A DNA stretch of 47,519 bases from Candidatus Tenderia sp. (GTDB lineage Bacteria > Pseudomonadota > Gammaproteobacteria > Tenderiales > Tenderiaceae): positions 1-47,519 of the forward strand of contig JANOSY010000058.1 of assembly GCA_031416075.1 (NCBI GenBank), in the 5' to 3' direction. Both the position numbers and the translations under genes were made by a program. The notes under the pieces are model-generated. The model made no database searches. It was given only the letters and a program-made list of their open reading frames with translations, and was not told the origin of the DNA. How positions within the stretch are numbered: the first letter of the stretch is position 1; each line of letters begins with the position of its first letter. Below are positions 29,984 to 38,502 of the stretch, piece by piece.

Positions 29984-29992
29984 TTATCCACA
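29984..29992 (+). promoter_or_regulatory. DnaA box
   Basis: Perfect TTATCCACA upstream of an RNR promoter. Confidence 0.6.
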
Positions 29993-30087
29993 GGCTATCC
30001 AAAGAGTTGTTCATTTGTGATTAAAAATAAAACTCGCTTGCAATACATTGTTTTTTAATTGATTTATATTTAATTCTGCCGCGCGTA

Positions 30088-30116
30088 TTGACAGCAGACG
30101 CCATCAGACATACATT
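30088..30116 (+). promoter_or_regulatory. Sigma70 promoter of the nrdJ transcription unit
   Basis: TTGACA-17 bp-TACATT preceded by an AT-rich tract. Confidence 0.75.
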
Positions 30117-30123
30117 TCACACC

Positions 30124-30139
30124 ACACAACATCTTGTGG
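30124..30139. promoter_or_regulatory. NrdR box (proximal, at the predicted start site)
   Basis: ACACAACATCTTGTGG, 7 bp after the -10 element. Confidence 0.75.
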
Positions 30140-30140
30140 T

Positions 30141-30277
30141 CGCCTCCTTCGTTGCAAACGAACTAGGCGGGGCTAAATAGGCATCCACCACGAGGGCCTA
30201 TCTTCAGGTTGTGTTGCAAAGATTGGGGGCCGCGCCCGGAACCACACGTTCCGGCACACGGCAATCCCCGCCGTGTG
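30141..30277 (+). ncRNA. Structured 5' leader of the nrdJ unit (candidate cis-regulatory RNA)
   Basis: Four successive hairpins: CGCCT..TTCGTT/AACGAA..AGGCG, ATAGGC/GCCTAT, CCGGAAC/GTTCCGG, CACACGGC/GCCGTGTG. Confidence 0.45.
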
Positions 30278-30325
30278 GACATATACGCCGTAAGCCATAC
30301 TCAATCCCAAAAGGAAATTTACGCC

Positions 30326-30574
30326 ATGAGTAAAAATACAAAACAATCTTCATCAGAGGTTAGCAAGTTAGCCGCAGCCACTTTGACTGATTCCAACTCG
30401 TCAGCAATTGCTAAAAAGCTTGCTGCTTCTGTTGTATCTCAATCAAATTCAAACAAGCAAACCGGCAAAGAACTTGAATCCCTTGCGTCTCAGGTGCTCC
30501 AAAGCGCCAAGTACAGCGATGACACAAAAACACTCGCAGGGTCAGTACTTGCTCAAGCAAACAAGGATCGATGA
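30326..30574 (+). CDS. 82-aa hypothetical protein made of two tandem ~39-aa repeats
   Basis: AAGGA RBS; KQSSSEVSKLAAATL...AKKLAASVVSQ versus KQTGKELESLASQVL...TKTLAGSVLAQ; visibly more AT-rich than nrdJ. Confidence 0.75.
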   Translation: MSKNTKQSSSEVSKLAAATLTDSNSSAIAKKLAASVVSQSNSNKQTGKELESLASQVLQSAKYSDDTKTLAGSVLAQANKDR

Positions 30575-30704
30575 TCGGCCTTGCAGGCGCGTGACCAGCC
30601 CCTGCAATCACACATCCAGCCTACCCTGCATTTGGGCCGGATGCGTCAAAAACGCCGCGCACTCAATTTGAACAGATAACAACAACCAGGGGAGACGTCA
30701 CCAC

Positions 30705-32870
30705 ATGAAAGGTGCCCATTTGAAAGCTGTTACCAATACCACTACCGAAATCACCTTCCAGGCCGCCTCTATGGATATCTGGGACAAAAAGTATCGTCTC
30801 AAGGCCAAGGATGGTTCGATCATCGACAGCACCATTGACGCTACCTATCAGCGTGTCGCACGGGCGATCGCCGAGGTTGAGACCACTGCCGAAAAGCGCC
30901 AGGAGTGGTACGACAAGTTCCTCTGGGCGCTACGCCATGGCGCCATTCCGGCCGGTCGTATCATCTCCAACGCTGGCGCGCTGGCGCACAAACCGGCCAC
31001 CTCCACCATCAACTGCACCGTTTCCGGCACTATTGGCGACTCGATGGATGACATCCTCGGCAAGGTTCACGAGGCGGGTCTGACCCTGAAGGCGGGTTGC
31101 GGTATCGGTTATGAGTTTTCGACCCTGCGCCCCAAGGGGGCTTATGTCTCCGGTGCTGGGGCCTACACCTCGGGTCCGCTGTCGTTTATGGATATCTACG
31201 ACAAGATGTGTTTCACCGTCTCCTCCGCCGGTGGCCGTCGTGGCGCGCAGATGGCAACCTTTGATGTCAGCCATCCCGACGTACTCGACTTTGTTAAGGC
31301 CAAACGTGAAGATGGCCGTCTGCGCCAGTTCAACCTCTCGCTGCTGGTGACCCAGGAGTTTATGGAGGCGGTTAAGAGCGATGGCCCGTGGCCACTCTCT
31401 TTCCCGCTCACCGCCAAAGAGGTGGAGACCGACAAGATCGAGCTGGAGAACAACCCTGAGATCGTCTGGCGCGAGTGGCCAGAAAAGAGCCGTTACGTCG
31501 TCAACGATGAGGGGTTGGTTGCCTGCAAAATCTACAAAACCATCCGCGCCCAGCGCCTCTGGGACGTGATCATGTCCTCGACCTACGACTTTGCCGAGCC
31601 CGGCTTCATCCTCATCGACAAGGTCAATGAGATGAACAACAACTGGTTCTGCGAAACCATCCGCGCCACCAACCCCTGCGGTGAACAGCCGCTGCCACCT
31701 TACGGCTCCTGCCTGCTGGGTTCAGTTAACCTGACCAAGTTTGTCCGTGACCCGTTCACCGACAAGGCCCGCTTTGATTGGGACGAATACCGCAAAGTGG
31801 TCGCCATCTTTACCCGCATGCTCGACAACGTGGTGGAGATCAACGGCCTGCCGCTACCGCAGCAGCGCGATGAAATCACCAGCAAACGCCGCCACGGCAT
31901 GGGCTACCTCGGCCTCGGCTCCACCGCCACCATGCTGCGCATGGAGTACGGCGACCGCGAATCGACTCGGTTCACCGAAAAGGTGACACGAGAGATGGCG
32001 GTTGAAGGGTGGCGCACCGCGCTCGACCTCGCCAAAGAGAAGGGACCCGCCCCAATCATGGAGCAGGAGTTCGACGTGACCGGCGAGATGCTGCGCAAGC
32101 GCCCTGAGATGAAACAGGATGGTTTCAAGATCGGCCAGAAGGTCAGGGGCAAGCTGCTGCACGCCAGGTACAGCCGCTACATGCAACGGATTGCCGAAGT
32201 CGAGCCGGAGCTGGTCAAGCAGCTGGAAGAGGTAGGTGCCCGTTTCACCCACCACAGCTCCATCGCCCCGACCGGCACCATCTCGCTGTCACTGGCCAAC
32301 AACGCCAGCAACGGCATCGAGCCGAGTTTTGCCCACCAGTATTCACGCAACGTCATCCGTGAAGGCAAGAAGTCCAAAGAGAAGGTCGACGTCTTCTCCT
32401 ACGAGCTGCTGGCCTACCGCGAGCTGATCAACAAAAATGCCTCGCCTTATACCCCCTCTGATAGTCAAGGACAGGGCAATCAGCTGCCGGACTACTTCAT
32501 CACCGCCGACAACATCAAACCCAAGGCCCATGTGGATATCCAGGCGGCGGCGCAGAAGTGGATCGACTCCTCAATCTCCAAGACTGCCAACGTGCCGACC
32601 GAGTTTGCCTACGAAGAGTTCAAGGACATCTACCTCTACGCCTACGAGCAGGGCTTGAAGGGTTGCACCACCTTCCGCTTCAATCCCGAGGCGTTCCAGG
32701 GGGTGCTGGTAAAAGAGGAGGATCTGGCCAATACCACCTACCGCTTCACCCTTGAAGATGGCGCTGTGGTTGAGTTCAAAGGTAACGAAGAGGTTGAGTA
32801 CGACGGCGAGATCCACACCGCTGCCAACCTCTATGACGCCCTTAAAGAAGGGTACTACGGCAAGTTTTAA
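30705..32870 (+). CDS. nrdJa: Adenosylcobalamin-dependent (class II) ribonucleotide reductase, large part
   Basis: PAGRI, TINCTVS, GGRRGAQM, TNPCGEQPL, SIAPTGTIS, GLKGCTTFR. Confidence 0.95.
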   Translation: MKGAHLKAVTNTTTEITFQAASMDIWDKKYRLKAKDGSIIDSTIDATYQRVARAIAEVETTAEKRQEWYDKFLWALRHGAIPAGRIISNAGALAHKPATSTINCTVSGTIGDSMDDILGKVHEAGLTLKAGCGIGYEFSTLRPKGAYVSGAGAYTSGPLSFMDIYDKMCFTVSSAGGRRGAQMATFDVSHPDVLDFVKAKREDGRLRQFNLSLLVTQEFMEAVKSDGPWPLSFPLTAKEVETDKIELENNPEIVWREWPEKSRYVVNDEGLVACKIYKTIRAQRLWDVIMSSTYDFAEPGFILIDKVNEMNNNWFCETIRATNPCGEQPLPPYGSCLLGSVNLTKFVRDPFTDKARFDWDEYRKVVAIFTRMLDNVVEINGLPLPQQRDEITSKRRHGMGYLGLGSTATMLRMEYGDRESTRFTEKVTREMAVEGWRTALDLAKEKGPAPIMEQEFDVTGEMLRKRPEMKQDGFKIGQKVRGKLLHARYSRYMQRIAEVEPELVKQLEEVGARFTHHSSIAPTGTISLSLANNASNGIEPSFAHQYSRNVIREGKKSKEKVDVFSYELLAYRELINKNASPYTPSDSQGQGNQLPDYFITADNIKPKAHVDIQAAAQKWIDSSISKTANVPTEFAYEEFKDIYLYAYEQGLKGCTTFRFNPEAFQGVLVKEEDLANTTYRFTLEDGAVVEFKGNEEVEYDGEIHTAANLYDALKEGYYGKF

Positions 32871-32899
32871 GGCCGGGTCAACAGGAATCAGGAGCAAAA

Positions 32900-33601
32900 A
32901 TGATGGCTAACAAGATTACCAAAAAGATCAGCAGCTACAGCGTTGTTAAAAAAGAGGACCAGGCGCAACCGCGCGAGGAAGCGATCGAGATACTAATCGA
33001 ATCCAACGTGGTGCAGATGCACGAAAAGGTCGAGCGCCCCGAGATGCTGGTGGGGTCCACCTACAAGATCAAGACGCCGCTCTCCGAGCATTCACTCTAT
33101 GTCACCATCAACGACATCATCCTCAATACCGGTACCGAACATGAGCTACGCCGCCCGTTCGAGATCTTTATTAACTCGAAAAACATGGACCACTTCCAGT
33201 GGATCGTGGCGCTGACACGCATCATCTCGGCGGTCTTCCGCAAGGGTGGCGATGTCACCTTCCTGGTCGACGAGATGCGCTCCGTGTTTGATCCGCGTGG
33301 CGGCTACTTCAAGCGTGGAGGTCAGTTTATGCCATCACTGGTGGCGGAGATCGGCGACGCCATCGAATCACACCTGCGCATGATCGGCCTGATCAAGGAT
33401 GACGGGCTGGACGAACATCAGCAAAAATTGATCAACGAAAAACGGCAGCAGTTCGAAAGCCTTGCCAAACGTGCCACAGCGAGCGAAAGCAGCGACTTTC
33501 CCGAAGGTTCGCAGCTCTGCACCAAGTGCAATACCAAGGCGATGATCAAGATGGATGGCTGCATGACCTGCCTGAATTGCGGCGATTCAAAATGCGGCTA
33601 G
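32900..33601 (+). CDS. nrdJb: Class II RNR C-terminal part (TSCPD-like domain with zinc ribbon)
   Basis: RPEML.GSTYKIK, RPFEIFINSK, terminal CTKC...GCMTCLNCGDSKCG; directly after nrdJa. Confidence 0.92.
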   Translation: MMANKITKKISSYSVVKKEDQAQPREEAIEILIESNVVQMHEKVERPEMLVGSTYKIKTPLSEHSLYVTINDIILNTGTEHELRRPFEIFINSKNMDHFQWIVALTRIISAVFRKGGDVTFLVDEMRSVFDPRGGYFKRGGQFMPSLVAEIGDAIESHLRMIGLIKDDGLDEHQQKLINEKRQQFESLAKRATASESSDFPEGSQLCTKCNTKAMIKMDGCMTCLNCGDSKCG

Positions 33602-33634
33602 AAAGTGGTTTAAAGTACCTTGTGGGAGGTATTT

Positions 33635-33859
33635 GTGGCAATCAATCATGAACCCATCATTGGCGCCTGGTACATCAACCTAAGCCGCCAATTTCTCAGC
33701 GTATGGGGCATGGTCTATAAAAACGGAGAGCCGCAAAAGATTGTGCTGCGGTATCTCAACGGACTGCGCCTCATCATTGGGTTGGAAGATTGGTACGCCT
33801 TGGACCTGCTGCGCTACCCAGAAAAACACCAACAACGTAGCGACGTAACCCTGGCCTGA
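33635..33859 (+). CDS. Small hypothetical protein (DUF6763-like pattern)
   Basis: GGAGG RBS before GTG 33635; EPIIGAWY...Y.NG.....LEDWYALDL. Confidence 0.55.
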   Translation: MAINHEPIIGAWYINLSRQFLSVWGMVYKNGEPQKIVLRYLNGLRLIIGLEDWYALDLLRYPEKHQQRSDVTLA

Positions 33860-33902
33860 TTTGCCACAAATCAGTCGGTCCGCGCAAAGGGGCGTGGACC
33901 AG

Positions 33903-33934
33903 GCCGACACCGTCAAACAGTGTCGGCTTTTTTT
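33903..33934 (+). terminator. Intrinsic terminator of the nrdJ unit
   Basis: GCCGACAC / GTGTCGGC stem followed by T7. Confidence 0.8.
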
Positions 33935-33956
33935 ATTCTGGTCTTAGCGTAGATTC

Positions 33957-34640
33957 TCAGCGCCGCCACAACCGCCACCAGCGCCAGACATTAAACAGAC
34001 TCGCCAGCGACGCCGCCAGATAGGTCAATGCACAGGCCCGCAGGATCTGCCGCGCCGCCCGCTCATCCTCCTTATCGATATAACGCCCCGCCTTCAGCAA
34101 TGGCAAGGCGCGGCCAAAGCTGGCGTCCAGCTCCACCGGCAACGTCACCAGATGCACCACCGCCATAGCGCCGATGCCGATCAATCCCACCAGAAAGGTC
34201 ACACCACCGGCCGTCGGCGAACGTGTCACCAGCGCTACCAGTGGCAATACCATCATTACCCCTACCCCCATCTTCTCCGCCCGTTGCGCCAGCAATACCA
34301 GCCGGCTGCGCCACCGCAACGGCCCGTAACTCAGGTGGTCCTGGAGTGCATGCCCCACCTCATGGGCCGCCACCGCCACTGCAGTCAGGGATTTACCATC
34401 AAGGTTATCCGGCGTCAGGCGGACCACCTTGGCCTGTGGGTCGTAATGATCCCCTTGTGGCGCACCCTCCACTTTAACCTCACGCAGATCAAGCTTATCA
34501 AGCAGATGGCGGGCAAACTCACCCCCCGTACCGGGGTAATCAGGGCGGGGCCGACTGTGGCGGCGCAAGACGGACCGCGCCCACCACTGAGGGCCAAAGA
34601 GGATTAACATCAGAAAAACAAGCAGAATAATCAGGGACAT
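33957..34640 (-). CDS. Putative neutral zinc metallopeptidase (YugP-like)
   Basis: GDHYDP, AVAAHEVGHALQ, TLPVELDASF, LTY.AA; ATG 34640 inferred. Confidence 0.88.
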   Translation of the reverse strand: MSLIILLVFLMLILFGPQWWARSVLRRHSRPRPDYPGTGGEFARHLLDKLDLREVKVEGAPQGDHYDPQAKVVRLTPDNLDGKSLTAVAVAAHEVGHALQDHLSYGPLRWRSRLVLLAQRAEKMGVGVMMVLPLVALVTRSPTAGGVTFLVGLIGIGAMAVVHLVTLPVELDASFGRALPLLKAGRYIDKEDERAARQILRACALTYLAASLASLFNVWRWWRLWRR

Positions 34641-34677
34641 AATTGCAGCTCGCCGCATAGCAGCGGCAACACAGACA

Positions 34678-35208
34678 TCAGCGCAGATGAATGGGGGAAG
34701 ACTTAGCTGCACCCGCCGCCCGCAAGGGAGCCTTTATCTGCTTTACATCAAACAACGCAACACTCTCCGGCACAAACGTCACTCCACGAAACTCACCATC
34801 CACACTATGGGCCAGAATGTAATAGGTCTGCCCCGGCTCGAGATTGAAGTTGCGGGTCTGCTCCATCTCAGTCACCTCCCAGCGGCCACGCACCTGGGTC
34901 TGGTTTTTCATCGTCACACTGATATCACGCGCCTTCAGATGCACCAGGGTGTATTCACCCTTGCCCAGACGCATCAGCCGCTCTCCATTCACAGAGACAG
35001 CAAGCGGATTATCGGCAAACCCCTGCGGATGTTCGGTATTGGGACGGATAAAATAGACACTGGCGTACGACGCAGAGGCGTCGCTCTGAATCAGACTGTG
35101 GCCCCGGTCAATACGTGTTGTTGTACAGGCGGACAACAGTACTGCCACCATGATCACCCATATGCCCGCCGCCACTTTTACACCACCCACCATATCCCCT
35201 CTCCACAT
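34678..35208 (-). CDS. DUF2846-like lipoprotein
   Basis: Lipobox LLSAC; ASVYFIRP, L..G.Y, LEPGQTYY; start may be ATG at 35193. Confidence 0.7.
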   Translation of the reverse strand: MWRGDMVGGVKVAAGIWVIMVAVLLSACTTTRIDRGHSLIQSDASASYASVYFIRPNTEHPQGFADNPLAVSVNGERLMRLGKGEYTLVHLKARDISVTMKNQTQVRGRWEVTEMEQTRNFNLEPGQTYYILAHSVDGEFRGVTFVPESVALFDVKQIKAPLRAAGAAKSSPIHLR

Positions 35209-35268
35209 ATATATAGAACGCTGCCACAGTCTACGCCAAACTATAACTCAGCGGCCAGCCGGAAAGGC

Positions 35269-36588
35269 TCAGAAGGTGTTTTTGACGCCTATGTAAAATT
35301 TACGATCAGACAACCCAAAGGCGTAGGCCAGATCCATCCGTAACTGTAGATTTACAAATGATTTAAATTTGTAGCGCAGTCCCACACCGGCACTCGCCTC
35401 GATATCCGCCAGATCCACCAGCCGGTTGTCGAGATAGGCATTACCAATATCCATAAAAAACACACCACGGGCAGCGGGCAAGCCAAACAGTGGGTGTAGG
35501 TACTCCAGGTTGGCAACAAAGTAGGAGCGCCCCTCAATACTCCCCTTCTCATAGCCCCTCAACTCACGACTCCCCCCCAACCCGTAGGCGTTTTCATCAA
35601 TCGGCACGTCCCCGCCCGTTACCCCCAGGCGCATCTGCAGATCCAGGTTGGTATGCGGGGTATTACCTACCGGCACATACTGGCGATAATAGAGCTGATT
35701 ACGACTATAAGGGACATCAGAACCCATCCACTCCAACCCCTGTTCAGAACTGATACCAAACTCCACCCCCTCCCGACTGTAAAGCAGATCATGCACCTTG
35801 GTATAACCCAGTGAAAGCGTTATCCCCACCGCCTTTTCAGGGCCCGTGGTGAGCGGCACGCCACTCTGCTGGGAGAAGGTCAGATGATGCCAGAAGGTGG
35901 TCGCACTGATACTCCAGCCAGATGAGGGGCCTTCCCGACCCAGCCAGTGAGAAACCGATACCCCCGCTGAGTCCAACACCCGCTGATACTCTGAAACCTT
36001 ATTGCCCAGCAGGTCAATATCACTGTCCGGCGTCGCCTCATGGCTCACCGAAACACCCAGACCGTAATCACTGCCCACCACCCGTGGATACTCATATATA
36101 AGTGAATAGGTGCTCACCGTGCCGCTGTTCTGGCAACAGCCACGTTCAGCCTTGTAGACCACCTTAAGCTTCTGGTTCAGACCCCAGAGATTGTCCATCG
36201 TCAACTGGGCACCGTAACTCACCTCACCATCGGCGGAGCGATCCAGCTTCGGCACCGGGATGATGTAGTACTTCTCACTCACCTCAATCTCAAGCACAAC
36301 GTCCCGCCCCTGGGGGATCATTAGCGCCTCTACCGACTTAAACAGCCCCAAATCCATCACCGCCTGACGTGAGCGCTCGATCCGTTCCGGATCAATCACA
36401 TCCCCCGCCTTGACCAACATCTCCTGTAACATAATCTGCGGCTGGGTATGTTTATTACCGCTGAAACGGATTTCGGCAATAATACCCTGCTCCTCAGCCA
36501 TCACCGGGGCCAGCGCCAGCCACGCCAATATAATCAGCCCGCCAAGCACTCTGATAATCGGTATTTTATCCATAAAATACAACGCCAT
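35269..36588 (-). CDS. Omp85 (BamA/TamA-like) outer-membrane protein with one POTRA domain
   Basis: Signal peptide, I.F.GN..T...DLGLF POTRA, GG..LRGY lid motif, G.GLRY, C-terminal Phe. Confidence 0.85.
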   Translation of the reverse strand: MALYFMDKIPIIRVLGGLIILAWLALAPVMAEEQGIIAEIRFSGNKHTQPQIMLQEMLVKAGDVIDPERIERSRQAVMDLGLFKSVEALMIPQGRDVVLEIEVSEKYYIIPVPKLDRSADGEVSYGAQLTMDNLWGLNQKLKVVYKAERGCCQNSGTVSTYSLIYEYPRVVGSDYGLGVSVSHEATPDSDIDLLGNKVSEYQRVLDSAGVSVSHWLGREGPSSGWSISATTFWHHLTFSQQSGVPLTTGPEKAVGITLSLGYTKVHDLLYSREGVEFGISSEQGLEWMGSDVPYSRNQLYYRQYVPVGNTPHTNLDLQMRLGVTGGDVPIDENAYGLGGSRELRGYEKGSIEGRSYFVANLEYLHPLFGLPAARGVFFMDIGNAYLDNRLVDLADIEASAGVGLRYKFKSFVNLQLRMDLAYAFGLSDRKFYIGVKNTF

Positions 36589-36936
36589 AAAAACATCCTT
36601 CCAAAAACCTCATGCCCGCCACAGCAACACCACCAACACACTACAACCCTACTGCTATTAACGGCCTACCCAGCCATTCGCTCCACTACACAACCACTTC
36701 TCAGCCGCACATTTGCAGGCACTACCCACCAAGCTCACGCTACGACTGGTCAAATCTTAGGGGAGACTAGTATAATGGCGCGTTCACAAACTCCGGTGCC
36801 TTTTTTTACAGCGGTAACTGTTTGACAAACCGCTACAAATCGGTGATTCCGGACAATATTGACCCATACAGGATTTAGCAATCAACCACCCCGGCATGAG
36901 CCAGGAGGGTTGTAATTTGAACTTTAAGGAGGACAA

Positions 36937-37806
36937 ATGTCCAGAAAGTACCCCATTGTCGCCGTCACCGGCTCTTCCGGCGCTGGCACATCCACCGTCA
37001 AAAACGCGATGGAACACATATTCCGTCGTGAAGGCATCAAAGCAGCCGTTGTTGAAGGCGACAGCTTTCACCGCTACGACCGTGGCTCCATGAAAGAAGC
37101 GGTTGCCAAGGCCCTGGCCGCTGGCACCCCACTAAGCCACTTCGGCCCTGAAGGCAATGTCTTCGACAAACTGGAAGAGCTGTTCCGCAGCTACGGCGAA
37201 ACCGGCTCCGGCAAAGTTCGCAAATACCTGCACAACCAGGAAGAGGCCATTCCCTACAAACAAGAACCCGGCACATTCACCCCTTGGGAAGATGTTCAGC
37301 CCGGCTCCGACATCCTCTTCTATGAAGGGTTGCATGGCGGTGTTGTTACCGCCGATGTGGATGTTGCCCAGTGGGTTGACCTGCTGATCGGCGTTGTCCC
37401 CTCCGTCAATCTGGAGTGGATCCAGAAGATCCACCGTGACAACAAGGAACGAGGCTACACCGCTGAAGCGGTTGTCGAGACCATCCTGCGCCGCATGCCC
37501 GACTACGTGAAACATCTGGCCCCCCAGTTCTCACGTACCGACATTAACTTCCAGCGCGTACCTATTGTCGACACCTCAAACCCCTTTATCGCCCGTGATA
37601 TTCCAACGCCGGATGAAAGTTTCTGTGTTATCCGTTTTACCCACCCCAAAAAGCACGACATCCGCACCTACCTGCAGATGTTGCATGGCTCATGGATGTC
37701 ACGCCCCAATACATTGGTACTGCCGGCGGCAAAAATGGGGATGGCCATGGAGATCATCCTCACCCCGATCATCCATGAGATGATGGAGAAAAAACGTACC
37801 GCGTAA
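36937..37806 (+). CDS. prkB: Phosphoribulokinase, proteobacterial type
   Basis: VAVTGSSGAGTS, EGDSFHRY, YEGLHG, NFQRVP.VDTSNPF; AGGAGG RBS. Confidence 0.95.
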   Translation: MSRKYPIVAVTGSSGAGTSTVKNAMEHIFRREGIKAAVVEGDSFHRYDRGSMKEAVAKALAAGTPLSHFGPEGNVFDKLEELFRSYGETGSGKVRKYLHNQEEAIPYKQEPGTFTPWEDVQPGSDILFYEGLHGGVVTADVDVAQWVDLLIGVVPSVNLEWIQKIHRDNKERGYTAEAVVETILRRMPDYVKHLAPQFSRTDINFQRVPIVDTSNPFIARDIPTPDESFCVIRFTHPKKHDIRTYLQMLHGSWMSRPNTLVLPAAKMGMAMEIILTPIIHEMMEKKRTA

Positions 37807-37959
37807 TCCTGACAGAAGCAGGTGGAGAGGGTTAACAGCCCTCTCCCACTTTAAGGAAGTGGCTACCAATTTATACAGGGACGGTAGAATGGTATTAGCA
37901 GCCGACAAACATCTCAGCCACCTAAGTCATCAGCCACCCACAAGGGTCTTGTTGCCGAA

Positions 37960-38502
37960 TTGAGGTTTTCAGTGTTTGCCGTAGTCACAAAACAGCTTGT
38001 TTTTGTTTTAAGTCTGGCGCTCTGGCTCACCACAGCCGCACAGGCCGAATCCAGCGATATCCGCTTGGACCTTTCCGAGCTAACCAAGGCCACACTTGCG
38101 CTCAAGCGCGATCTATTGTCTGCGGAAGAGCGTCTCTTCCAGCAAAACCCAAATACCCTGACCATCTTTATCAATACCGACAACCTGCCTGCCCTCCTGC
38201 TCAATGAGCTGGAGATCAACGTCGACAACCGGACCGTTGTGCAGCACCTGTTCACCGCCCAAGAGGCACAAACACTCAGCAGCGGGGCAATGAAAAAAAT
38301 CTACGCCGCGCCAATCACACTTGGAACCCATACAGTCACCATTATTATCAATGGTTCCACTACCAATCGAGAAAGAAGTGTCACCACCTTTACCATGGCA
38401 AAAGGGTCCGGTCATGACATCCTCAAGGTGACCATTGCCAACCCGCTACAAAAACGTACCCCCGATCTCTTTTTTGAGCAGCAGGCCGGGGTAACGCCAT
38501 GA
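37960..38502 (+). CDS. Exported hypothetical protein, first gene of the TPR-Exb operon
   Basis: Signal peptide, L.RDL...EE.L coiled coil, H..T..E...L..GA pattern; overlaps next gene (ATGA). Exact start uncertain. Confidence 0.7.
   Translation: MRFSVFAVVTKQLVFVLSLALWLTTAAQAESSDIRLDLSELTKATLALKRDLLSAEERLFQQNPNTLTIFINTDNLPALLLNELEINVDNRTVVQHLFTAQEAQTLSSGAMKKIYAAPITLGTHTVTIIINGSTTNRERSVTTFTMAKGSGHDILKVTIANPLQKRTPDLFFEQQAGVTP

Noticed and set aside
29940-30080. Replication origin (DnaA box plus AT-rich tract)
   Set aside because: Only one perfect DnaA box and no oriC-type gene context; better explained as the nrdJ promoter.
30141-30704. Cobalamin riboswitch before the B12-dependent RNR
   Set aside because: The conserved B12-box and core motifs were not found by eye.
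36590-36930. A/C-rich intergenic stretch as a repeat array, and CbbR sites before prkB
   Set aside because: No periodic unit visible; LysR T-N11-A boxes are too degenerate to call by eye.
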